Positions 40,682 through 49,192 of a DNA stretch of 64,000 nucleotides are shown here, piece by piece (the stretch's first letter is position 1; each line of letters starts with the position of its first letter). The stretch comes from Candidatus Didemnitutus sp. GTDB lineage: Bacteria > Verrucomicrobiota > Verrucomicrobiia > Opitutales > Opitutaceae. Under the pieces are notes generated by a model. The model was not told the DNA's origin. It saw only the letters and a program-made list of their open reading frames with translations, and made no database searches. Made by a program: the position numbers and the translations under genes. The stretch lies in contig JAMPXH010000005.1 of the NCBI GenBank assembly GCA_023701285.1, positions 2,240 through 66,239 on the forward strand, in the 5' to 3' direction.

Positions 40682-42307
40682 ATGAATTTCGACAAGGTGC
40701 CCGAGCATCGTCGCAGTGTCACCGTCGCGCGCGCCCGTCGCGTGCGGTGGATCGTGTTTGGCGTGCTGGTGATCGTGGCGGGGATCGCGGCGTTCCTGCA
40801 TCGCGAGGCCCGCAAGACCGAGCTGCGCGAGCAGCAGCGCGCCACCATCGCCGCGCTGCAGGAGCAGCGGGTCGCGGCGGCCGCCGCGGTCGCCGAGGCG
40901 AACCAATCCGAACTTCCCCTGACCGAGCGCATCGCGCGCACCGAGCGGTTGCTCATCATCCAGCGCCACATCGCGCAGGAGTCCGGCCGCGCCATCACCT
41001 CCTACGTCGAGGATCTCCAGCGCACCGAGGCGGAGCTCGACCGCCTGCACGTGCAGCAAAAGCTGCAGTTGAGCCTGGAGCGCGAGAACGCCGCCATCGC
41101 CGCGGGCAACGCCGGCGACATCACCGCGGCCACCGCGCTCTGGCGCGAGGCGTGGCAGTTGCAGCGCGACGTCAACCGCACCGGCGGCGGCGTGCGCAAC
41201 ATCGAGCGCGAGCAACGGCTCGAGCAGGAGGTCGCGCGACTGGCCGCCGAGCCCATCCAGAAGGTTTTGCAGGAAAAACTCGCCGCAGCGCAGCGCGGGG
41301 TGGCGGAGAAGCAGTGGGACGCCGCGCTGGGACTTTACCGCGAGGCGCGCGAACTGCAGGAGCGGCTCAATCGCGAGTTCCCGCGTTCCCGCTATTCCGA
41401 CCTGGCGGCCCTGAGCCGCATCGACGCCGAGATCGCCTCTCTCAGCGCCGACGGTCTCGATGTCGCGATCAACGCCAAGCTGACCGAGGCCCGCCAGCTC
41501 GCGCTCAGCGGCCGCCAATCCGAGGCCGCCGCCGGTCTGGCCGAGGCCGCCGAGGCCCAGCGCACGCTGAACGAGCGTTTCGGCCGCAGCCGCTTTGTCT
41601 CGATGGAGCGGTTGGAGGAGATCGAATCCGAGCGCCAGACCACGTTGGCGGCCGACGCGTTGAAGATCGCGGTCACGCTGCGCGACCAAGCCGAGCAGCA
41701 TCTGCGTCGGCGCGAGGTTTTCCAGGCCCAGCAATCCATCCGCGAAGCGCTGGCCCAGCTCGAGGAGATCGCCGCGCGGCTGCCGAAGGCCAAGGGGCTG
41801 GACGAGGCGATGCGCATGCAGCTGGCATTCCTGAACGTGCGCTCGGGCGACCTCGCGAATCTCCAGGACCGGCTCTACGAACAGCTCGCGCCGCTGCCCG
41901 GCCAGCAGGGAATCGCCCTGCAGAAGGCCGAGGTGCTGCAGTCCGAGTTCACGCGCTTGATGAGCTCCAACCCGAGCCGCAATCCGGGCCGCACGCAGCC
42001 CGTGGACTCCGTCACGCTCGCGGAGGCCGCCGAGTTTTGCCGTCGCGCCGGATGGGTCCTCGGTTGGAAGGTGCGGCTGCCCACGCTGGAGGAGGTGCGC
42101 CTCGCCGGGAGCGAGGGCGCGGGCGTGTTTCAAAATCTCAAGGGCGGTCTCGCCGAGTGGCTGGCCAGCGAAGCCGAGGGCGCCAACGGCCCCGTGTTGA
42201 ACGCGGAGGGCGTGGTGGAGCAAGCGGCGCGGAGCGAGCGGTCGCGCGTGCGCGGCTTCCGCATCGCCGTCGAGGTCGACCTCGTGAACCCGGCGCCCGC
42301 GCGCTGA
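40682..42307 (+). CDS. Single-pass membrane protein with long helical region and degenerate C-terminal FGE-sulfatase (SUMF1)-like domain
   Basis: TM segment WIVFGVLVIVAGIAAFL, repeated helical blocks, and a tail NPS...PVDSVTLAEAAEFC...RLPT.EE...GGLAEW...GFR. Confidence 0.7.
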   Translation: MNFDKVPEHRRSVTVARARRVRWIVFGVLVIVAGIAAFLHREARKTELREQQRATIAALQEQRVAAAAAVAEANQSELPLTERIARTERLLIIQRHIAQESGRAITSYVEDLQRTEAELDRLHVQQKLQLSLERENAAIAAGNAGDITAATALWREAWQLQRDVNRTGGGVRNIEREQRLEQEVARLAAEPIQKVLQEKLAAAQRGVAEKQWDAALGLYREARELQERLNREFPRSRYSDLAALSRIDAEIASLSADGLDVAINAKLTEARQLALSGRQSEAAAGLAEAAEAQRTLNERFGRSRFVSMERLEEIESERQTTLAADALKIAVTLRDQAEQHLRRREVFQAQQSIREALAQLEEIAARLPKAKGLDEAMRMQLAFLNVRSGDLANLQDRLYEQLAPLPGQQGIALQKAEVLQSEFTRLMSSNPSRNPGRTQPVDSVTLAEAAEFCRRAGWVLGWKVRLPTLEEVRLAGSEGAGVFQNLKGGLAEWLASEAEGANGPVLNAEGVVEQAARSERSRVRGFRIAVEVDLVNPAPAR

Positions 42308-42313
42308 GCGCGC

Positions 42314-42727
42314 TCAGGCCCGCGCGAGCCGCCGGATGCGGGCGAACTCCGCCGCGCGCAGCGGCATCACGGACAACCGGCTCTGGCGCACGAGCGCGAT
42401 CTGTTGCAACGCGGCGTCGGCCTTGACCTGCGCGAGCGTCACCGGCGCCGGCAACGCCTCGACCGGCGCGAGATCGACCGCCACCCAGCCGTCTTCGTCC
42501 GCCGTCGGATCGGGATAGGCGGTGCGCACGACGCGGGCGAGCCCCACGACGGCCTTGGCGTCGCCGCTGTGGTAGAAGAGCACCTCGTCGCCGGCGCGCA
42601 TGGCCTTGAGGTGAATGCGCGCGGCGTAATTGCGCACGCCGGTCCAGGCTGTCCGGCCATCGCGGACGAAGTCGGTCCACGCGTAGTCCTCGGGTTCCTG
42701 TTTCACGAGCCAGTATTGCGTTGTCAT
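42314..42727 (-). CDS. EVE-domain (PUA-like) protein
   Basis: YWLVKQEP, WTGVRNYAAR, MRAGDEVLFYHSG, WVAVDL and RLSVMP. Confidence 0.93.
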   Translation of the reverse strand: MTTQYWLVKQEPEDYAWTDFVRDGRTAWTGVRNYAARIHLKAMRAGDEVLFYHSGDAKAVVGLARVVRTAYPDPTADEDGWVAVDLAPVEALPAPVTLAQVKADAALQQIALVRQSRLSVMPLRAAEFARIRRLARA

Positions 42728-42756
42728 GGGCGTCAAAGCGGTGGATTTTCGCGGTC

Positions 42757-42891
42757 ATGGATGAGCCGCAGGATCCCGAGTTGATGAAGAAGGCGCAGCG
42801 GGCGCAATGGATCCTTTACGGGGTCATGCTCCTTTTCCTCATCATCCCGTTCGTGCTGCTGTGGCTGATCCGGCGCGGGACCTTCGAGTAA
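42757..42891 (+). CDS. Small single-TM protein (44 aa; 35 aa if the start is 42784)
   Basis: Not in the ORF track. MDEPQDPELMKKAQRAQWILYGVMLLFLIIPFVLLWLIRRGTFE*, ending 6 bp before the PIN/TRAM start. Confidence 0.6.
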   Translation: MDEPQDPELMKKAQRAQWILYGVMLLFLIIPFVLLWLIRRGTFE

Positions 42892-42897
42892 ACCGTC

Positions 42898-43911
42898 ATG
42901 AACAGAACGCTGCTCGTCATCCGGCTGGCTTTCTGGGTCCTCTGCGTCGTGGGCGGCTGGCTCGTGGCCTACACCATCAAGGAATGGGATGATTACCGCT
43001 GGCTGGCGATGATCGTGGGCGCGCTCATCGGCGCGCTCGTCGTGCTGGTGGATGTGCTCCTGAAGGGCTTCTCGCTGCGCGGGCTCTCGGCGATGACGTT
43101 CGGCCTCGGGGTCGGGGCGCTCATTGCCTGGCTCATCAGCACGTCGCCGCTGTTGGAGGAAGGCGACCCGCAGGTGATCTACCTCGTGCGTCTGACGCTG
43201 TTCCTCGTCTGCACCTACCTCGGCACCGTCATCGCGTTGCGCGGGCGCGACGAGTTCAACCTCGTCATCCCCTACGTGCGCTTCGTGCCGCACGAGGTCG
43301 ACGTGCCGCTCATCGTCGTCGATACGAGCGCCCTGATCGACGGACGTATCGCACGCGTGTGCGAGACGCAGTTCCTCGGGGCGGCGCTGGTCATCCCGAC
43401 ATTCGTGTTGAACGAGCTCCAGCAGGTTGCCGATTCCCCTGACCCGCTGAAGCAGGCGCGCGGCCGGCGTGGGTTGGAGGTGTTGAACGAGCTGCGCCGC
43501 ATCAAGCACCTCGACATCCGCATCCACCAAAGCGAGATCACCCGCCGGCAGGATCTGGAGGCGAAACTCGTGTTCCTCGCCCAGTCGATGCGCGCCAAGC
43601 TGCTGACCACCGACCAGAATCTCGCCAAGATGGCCCAGTTCCACGGCGTCTCCTGGCTCAATTTGCATTCCCTCGAAAAAGCGCTGCGTCCGGAAATCGT
43701 GATCGGCGAAAGCATCGAGGTCGATCTGGCCAAGCCGGGCAAGGATGAGGGCCAGGCGGTCGGCTACCTCCCGGACGGTTCGATGGTGGTGGTCAATCAC
43801 GCCCGCGCCATGATCGGTCGCCGCGTCACGGCCGAGATCACGGGCGTGTTGCCGACGGCCGGGGGCAAGATGATCTTCGCCAACCTGCTCGGTGAGTCCG
43901 GCGTCAGCTAG
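42898..43911 (+). CDS. PIN/TRAM-domain membrane protein (YacL family)
   Basis: Four N-terminal TMs, PIN VVDTSALIDGRI...RGRRGLEVLN, and TRAM GQAVGYLPDGSMVVV. Confidence 0.9.
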   Translation: MNRTLLVIRLAFWVLCVVGGWLVAYTIKEWDDYRWLAMIVGALIGALVVLVDVLLKGFSLRGLSAMTFGLGVGALIAWLISTSPLLEEGDPQVIYLVRLTLFLVCTYLGTVIALRGRDEFNLVIPYVRFVPHEVDVPLIVVDTSALIDGRIARVCETQFLGAALVIPTFVLNELQQVADSPDPLKQARGRRGLEVLNELRRIKHLDIRIHQSEITRRQDLEAKLVFLAQSMRAKLLTTDQNLAKMAQFHGVSWLNLHSLEKALRPEIVIGESIEVDLAKPGKDEGQAVGYLPDGSMVVVNHARAMIGRRVTAEITGVLPTAGGKMIFANLLGESGVS

Positions 43912-46285
43912 GCAAGCCCAGCCACTCGCGCAGGTCCGCGCCGCTGCCGAGCTCGCGGTAGAATTGGCACTCCGGATCGAGCAACCGCGCGTAGGCGGGC
44001 TCCGCGAAACGGCGGCAATGCAGCAGCACCTTCGCGCGCTGCCCTGGGCCGCGCACAAGGCGGCCGAGGGATTGGTTCACCTTTTGCAGCCCGGGGATCT
44101 GATAGACGCGCTGGAACGCCGTCTCGCGTCCGAGCGCGCCCAGCGCATCGAGGCGCGCGCGTTGCACGGCGTTGACCTCGGGCAACGCCGGGCCGACGAC
44201 CATCGCGTGCGAGACGCGTCCGCCGAGCAGGTCGATGCTCTCGGCGAAGCTGCTCCCGAGCACGAGGAAGAGCGCGTCGGTGAACGCCAGCGTCTCCTCG
44301 ACCCAGGCGGCCTGCGCCGCGAGGTCCGGCAGCCGCGGTTGCAACGCGGCGCGCAACACCGATCCGCCGCGCTCCAGTGCGGCGAGGACCGATTCCGCGT
44401 AGGCGTAGGAAGGGAAGAACACCGCGACCGCCTGCCGCGATGCGGCGTGCAGCGCCTCGATCGTCTCGGCCGTCGTGCCGTAATGCTGGGATCGCTCGCG
44501 CAGCGCCGTCGAGAGGCGCAGGTCCACCGCGACGTCGTAGGCGCCGGCGCGCCACGGCGCCACGGCGCGCAGAGAAGTGAAGGGCGCCGCCGATGCGGCG
44601 GCTGCGGCGGTCGGCGGCTCCAAGCCGCATGACGCCGCGAACGGCGCAAAGGGCGCGAGCGTGGCGGACATCAGAATCGCGCCGCCGAAGGTGCGCAACG
44701 TCGCGCCGATGGCGTCGGCGGCGTCCACGCAGGTGAATTCGAGAGTGCCTTCGCGGCGCGACCACAGCAGGCGGTGCAGCTGCCGATCCTGGAGGAAATC
44801 GTGGAGGCGCACGAACTGCCACAGCGTCTCGCTGTGCCGCGGACCGAGCGCGGCATGGTCGAGCGGCAGCGTCGTGACCAGCTCCGCCAGACGCTCCAGC
44901 GCGTCGCGCGCATCGGCCTCGTGCAACGGATCGAGCACCTCGCAGGGATCGACCGAACCGAGCACGCGCGCCCAGGCCTCGACGGCCAGCACGAGGGCGG
45001 CCGGAGCACGTTGGTGATCGAGCTCGGCGAGCAGGGCGCTGACGTCCGCGGCGTCCGTGCGGTGCGAATACGCGTCGGCCACGCGCGCGGGCAGGTTGTG
45101 CGCCTCGTCGGCGACGAGCAGCGTGCGCGCGGCGGAGAAGCCCGGCTGGTCGAGGAACAGGCCGCGGTTGTCCGGCGCGAAGACGTAGTTGTAGTCGCCG
45201 ATCCACACGTCGTTGAACGCGAGTGCGGCGCGGGTGATCTCGTAGGGGCAGACGCCCGCTTCGCGCCCGGCGGCGCGGAGCGTGTCGAGGTCGCGGGGCT
45301 GGGCCGGGTCGAGATGGAAGCGCGCCAGTCCGCTCTGCGGCCAGCGCTCCACCGCCTCGGCGAGGAACCGGCAGCCGTCGCGCACGCAGTGGAAGACGTC
45401 GTTCACGCAATGCTCGCCCTTGTTGCGCACCTGCCAGAAGGCGAGGGAGGCGCCGCCGCCGGCGGGGCGCGCCGTCATGCGGCGGAGCGTTTCGACGACT
45501 TGGAGCTGACCGGTGGATTTGCTCGTCAGCCAGAGCAGGCGGTCGAAGCGGCCCGTTTGCAGCTGCCGGAGCGCGAACTCGAGCACGCAGCCCGTCTTGC
45601 CGTAACCAGTCGGCGCCTCGAAGAGCACGACGGGTGCGCGGTCGAGCGCGGCGGCGAGATCGGCTTGGATCGTCTCCTGCCCGGCCCGCAATTCCTGGAA
45701 CGGCGGGGCGAAGACGAGCGCGCGGCGCCGTTGCGCGGCTTGGAGTTGCTGCTGCAGGAAGCCGACGACGGCGTCGAGCTGGTGGTGCACCAGCGCTTCA
45801 TCGAACGGGGTGAGTGTCAGGGGCTGCGCGAGTCCCGAGGAGGCTTCGACGAAGACCAGTTCGGCGCGCGTATCCGGCGCGCCCTGCAGGCGGCGCAGCA
45901 CGACGTAGGTGGCGAGCTGGAGAAAATAAGCCGGGTAATCGGCGCGCAATTCCGGCTCGGCGGCGGGCAGCGGTCGCAGCACCGTCTTAATCTCGCGCAG
46001 CGTCGTGCCGACGATCTGGTCGATCCGTCCGCCGAGTGTCAGCGTCCAGCCGCGATGCATCAGGCGGCCCTCGATCGGCACCTCGAAGGCGAGGGCGGGG
46101 GCGGCGTCGCCGGCGGTGGATTTTTCGCGCTCGGCTTGGGCGCGGAGTTCCTGGTGCCAGTGCTGCCCGAGCTGCGCGCGCCACAGGCCCGGCGAACCGC
46201 CGCCGCCGTCGCGCGGGCCGAGGGCGAAATCCGCGAACTCGCCCACGCTCAGGCTGGCGGTCTTGGCGGCGAGGGAGAATTGCAT
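43904..46285 (-). CDS. DinG/XPD-family Fe-S helicase with N-terminal PD-(D/E)XK (Cas4/RecB-like) nuclease domain
   Basis: GRID...EIKT...QLATY, Walker A APTGYGKT, four Cys (HC-x6-C-x4-C...CPY), DEAHN and QSLGRLVR. Confidence 0.87.
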   Translation of the reverse strand: MQFSLAAKTASLSVGEFADFALGPRDGGGGSPGLWRAQLGQHWHQELRAQAEREKSTAGDAAPALAFEVPIEGRLMHRGWTLTLGGRIDQIVGTTLREIKTVLRPLPAAEPELRADYPAYFLQLATYVVLRRLQGAPDTRAELVFVEASSGLAQPLTLTPFDEALVHHQLDAVVGFLQQQLQAAQRRRALVFAPPFQELRAGQETIQADLAAALDRAPVVLFEAPTGYGKTGCVLEFALRQLQTGRFDRLLWLTSKSTGQLQVVETLRRMTARPAGGGASLAFWQVRNKGEHCVNDVFHCVRDGCRFLAEAVERWPQSGLARFHLDPAQPRDLDTLRAAGREAGVCPYEITRAALAFNDVWIGDYNYVFAPDNRGLFLDQPGFSAARTLLVADEAHNLPARVADAYSHRTDAADVSALLAELDHQRAPAALVLAVEAWARVLGSVDPCEVLDPLHEADARDALERLAELVTTLPLDHAALGPRHSETLWQFVRLHDFLQDRQLHRLLWSRREGTLEFTCVDAADAIGATLRTFGGAILMSATLAPFAPFAASCGLEPPTAAAAASAAPFTSLRAVAPWRAGAYDVAVDLRLSTALRERSQHYGTTAETIEALHAASRQAVAVFFPSYAYAESVLAALERGGSVLRAALQPRLPDLAAQAAWVEETLAFTDALFLVLGSSFAESIDLLGGRVSHAMVVGPALPEVNAVQRARLDALGALGRETAFQRVYQIPGLQKVNQSLGRLVRGPGQRAKVLLHCRRFAEPAYARLLDPECQFYRELGSGADLREWLGLPS

Positions 46286-46313
46286 GACGACGCGGCGGGC
46301 GGGACGGAGCGGC

Positions 46314-46934
46314 TCAAGTGAGCCGGATCTCCGTGTCGCTCGCGACCCAGGCCGCGAGGCGGCGTGTGAGACGGTCGAGCAGGTCGGGCGCGGGCTCCTG
46401 CTGCGCGATGGGCTGGTTGAGGATGAACGCGGCGGCGGCGCGGTCGTCGTCGCCGAGGTGCTGCCACCAATCCTGTTTTACGGGATAACCTTCGTCGCGC
46501 AGGAAACAGTAGAGCGCCTTGAACCAGACGAGATCGGGCCGGGCGCCGCCGTCGAGCGCCGCGAGCGACAGGCGCAACAGGCCCGCGAGGGCCGGGCGGG
46601 ATTCGTCCGGCAGAGGGTTGCGCAGGAGCAGGCCGGAGAGCGAGGCGGCGGCCTGCAGCGCGGCGTAGGAGCGGCCGATGCCCGGATGACGGCGAAGGTG
46701 GCGGTGCTCCTTCACGAACCAGGTGCGGCCTTGGTTCGTCGACTCGAGCGCGAGTTCGGCTTCGTCGAAGAGATCGAGCGGGGAGTTTTGCGGGGCGGTC
46801 TTGGTGGACACGCGCCGGAGCGCCACGAGCACGCCGTGCGACTCGCTGAAGAGCTGCAATGACTCGAAGGCATCGGAGCCCGAGAGCGGGCGTCCGAGCA
46901 CCCAGCCGTTGGTCTGGAGTTGCTGGCCCGGCAT
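46314..46934 (-). CDS. recO: DNA repair protein RecO-like
   Basis: N-terminal OB-like GWVLGRP...LQLFSESHGVL, PLDLFDEAEL, then a helical domain and GYP. No Cys zinc finger. Confidence 0.6.
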   Translation of the reverse strand: MPGQQLQTNGWVLGRPLSGSDAFESLQLFSESHGVLVALRRVSTKTAPQNSPLDLFDEAELALESTNQGRTWFVKEHRHLRRHPGIGRSYAALQAAASLSGLLLRNPLPDESRPALAGLLRLSLAALDGGARPDLVWFKALYCFLRDEGYPVKQDWWQHLGDDDRAAAAFILNQPIAQQEPAPDLLDRLTRRLAAWVASDTEIRLT

Positions 46935-46940
46935 GCCGCG

Positions 46941-47615
46941 CTAGGCGCCTGCGTTGTCGCCAACCAACGCCGTCCTGGCCGTCGCCGGATCGGACCACGA
47001 GGGCAGCACGGCGCCGCAGGAGATGACGACTTTCATCCCGTCGCCCACGGAGAGGTCGAGTTCGATGAGCTCGGCGGCGGGCAGATACATGAAGAAGCCG
47101 TTCACCGGACTCGGGCAGGTCGGCACGAAGACCGCCCAATGCGTGCCGGGGAGATGCTGATGCGGGCCGCCTTGGGCCGTGTTGGTAACGAAGCCGATGG
47201 TGTAGGCGCCGGGGCGGGGAAATTGCACGAGCACGACCTTGCTGAACTGCGCGCGGTCCTTCGCCCCGAAGGTGTCGATGAACTGTTTGACGCTGTTGTA
47301 GAAGCCGCCGATGCCCGGGATGCTGTGGATGAAGCGCTCCGTCATCGCGCCGACGAACTGGCCGAGCAGCAGGCGCGAGAGATAGCCGAGCGCCGCGATG
47401 AGACCCAGGACGATGAGCGTCGTCGTGACGTCCCAGACGAGGTTGGGCAAGTGGCTGAGCGCGTCGGGCAGGTAGGGCAGGAACAGCGGCGTGATGGAGC
47501 CGCCGACGAAGCCGATCACCAAGCGCAGGGCCCAGACCGTGACGACGAACGGCGCCACCAGCAGGAGACCGGTGAGGAAGGCGTTGCGAAGCGAGGCGAG
47601 ACGGGTTTCGGCCAT
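46941..47615 (-). CDS. DUF502-family membrane protein
   Basis: FLTGLLLVAPFVVT, IPGIGGFYNSVKQ, VFVPTCPSPVNGF and GMKVVISCG. Confidence 0.88.
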   Translation of the reverse strand: MAETRLASLRNAFLTGLLLVAPFVVTVWALRLVIGFVGGSITPLFLPYLPDALSHLPNLVWDVTTTLIVLGLIAALGYLSRLLLGQFVGAMTERFIHSIPGIGGFYNSVKQFIDTFGAKDRAQFSKVVLVQFPRPGAYTIGFVTNTAQGGPHQHLPGTHWAVFVPTCPSPVNGFFMYLPAAELIELDLSVGDGMKVVISCGAVLPSWSDPATARTALVGDNAGA

Positions 47616-47697
47616 GGTCGAACCGCAGTGAAGCATGCCGCCGTGCAGTTGCACGGGAAAAGTTTGCCCGCCCGCCCGACCGGCTGGGGCGGCCCGG

Positions 47698-48003
47698 TCA
47701 GCGCGGGAGCTCGCCCAGCCGGCGCAGCAGCGTGTAGGGGTAGAGGCCGGTGCGGTGGCCGTCGCTGAAATCGAAGCGCAGCGCGTAGTTGCCGACCTGT
47801 TCCCAGCCGAGCACCTCGACGCCGACGTGACTCTTCGGCGCCTCGCCGCCGTATTGGTTGCCGAAGATGTCCTGCTCGCCCTTCACCTCGGCGCTGGGCG
47901 AGGCCGCGCGCAACGTGGCGAACGTGATGTAGCTCTCCGTGCCATCATTCCAGCGGATGGCGACCTCCGGGCCGATGAGTTGGACGTCGAGGGGTGACAA
48001 CAT
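47698..48003 (-). CDS. DUF971 / gamma-butyrobetaine hydroxylase N-terminal-like protein
   Basis: IRWNDG, LRAASPSA, VGNYALRFDFSDGHRTGLY. Confidence 0.88.
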   Translation of the reverse strand: MLSPLDVQLIGPEVAIRWNDGTESYITFATLRAASPSAEVKGEQDIFGNQYGGEAPKSHVGVEVLGWEQVGNYALRFDFSDGHRTGLYPYTLLRRLGELPR

Positions 48004-48066
48004 GGTGTGCGGACGATGCGTCCGCTCCCAAGGAAGTCCCTTACCGCCGTGGCCCGCAACTGCTTT

Positions 48067-49188
48067 TCAACGCGAGCGACTGGGAGCGGGCGGAGAGGGC
48101 GCTTCCATGCCGAGCTCGCGCAGGAGAAACTCGCGCAGCGTGCGTGCGTCTCCCGCCGCTGGCTCCAAACCGAGCGATGGCACCACCGCGATGGAACGCA
48201 CGCCGACTTCGCGGGCGCGATCGACCAGCGCTTTCGCATGCAGCGGATGATGGAGGAATTCAGAGACAGTGCGGGCCGGGACGGCGTCGGCGTCGGACTG
48301 CAAGAAGAACGGCGGGGCGCCCGCCTGCATCAGGCCGTGCATGTCGCAATCGGCCCTCACGCGTCGGCCGGCCGGTCCAATGACTTCCTCATGCGAGGTG
48401 AAGCCGTAGAAAGCCGGCGAGTTGTAGCGCCCGCCGAACCGGGCGACCATGTCCTCGCCGAACAATTCCGCCCAGCGCGGGAAATCATACGTGAATTGCG
48501 TGCTGAGCGCGCCGACGCAGGCGGGGCGGCTCGATTCCCGCGCGACCGGGTCCGCGCTGCTCGGGTCCGCGAGATCGGCGTGGAATGCCAGCCAGAGCGA
48601 CGCGCCGGCGCCAGCGGAGCTGCCAAACGTGGCGAGGCGATCCTTGTCGAGGTTCCACTCGGTCGCATGGGCGCGGATGAACTGCACGGCGCGCGCGCAA
48701 TCGCGGAGGATGTCGGGCAGCGCCGTGTCCGTCGACAGAAAGCGGTAGTTGATCGCAGCGAAGGAGACGCCGGCGGCGAGGCACTCACGCAATAACTCGC
48801 TCTCGCGGGCGCGGCTCTTGTCCCCTTGCACGAAGCCGCCGCCGTGGATGTAAACGACCACCGGCGCCGGGGCGGCCGAGTCGGCGCGCCAGAAGTCGAG
48901 CACTTGCCTGGGGTGAGTGCCGTAGGCGAGATCGGCGAACGTCGGGCTCGGCGTGGCCGGCCCGGCGCGAACGGTCTCTGTCGCACGGGGATTCGCACCG
49001 GCGCGTGTGGCGCGCACTTTTTCCCGATAGCTGCGCGCCTCCTCCAGCGTGAGCACGCCGTCGTGGTTGGCGTCGGCGTCGGGATAGCGACGGAGCCAGT
49101 CGGCCAGTTGCGTGGCGTCGGGCGTTTGGGCGCTCGTGGCGAGGAATCCGCACGCGAGGAGGATCAGGGTGGGCAGAGTTCTGAGCAT
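48067..49188 (-). CDS. Exported alpha/beta-hydrolase (carboxylesterase) with N-terminal EF-hand-like loop
   Basis: Signal peptide, DANHDGVLTLEE, HGGGF oxyanion motif and GSSAG nucleophile motif. Confidence 0.88.
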   Translation of the reverse strand: MLRTLPTLILLACGFLATSAQTPDATQLADWLRRYPDADANHDGVLTLEEARSYREKVRATRAGANPRATETVRAGPATPSPTFADLAYGTHPRQVLDFWRADSAAPAPVVVYIHGGGFVQGDKSRARESELLRECLAAGVSFAAINYRFLSTDTALPDILRDCARAVQFIRAHATEWNLDKDRLATFGSSAGAGASLWLAFHADLADPSSADPVARESSRPACVGALSTQFTYDFPRWAELFGEDMVARFGGRYNSPAFYGFTSHEEVIGPAGRRVRADCDMHGLMQAGAPPFFLQSDADAVPARTVSEFLHHPLHAKALVDRAREVGVRSIAVVPSLGLEPAAGDARTLREFLLRELGMEAPSPPAPSRSR

Positions 49189-49192
49189 AGAG

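Noticed and set aside
38362-42223. 743-aa and 831-aa ORFs suggesting long or fused AroA/TyrA
   Set aside because: The N-terminal extensions are off-frame or antisense read-through. AroA and TyrA are separate genes in different frames, 25 bp apart.
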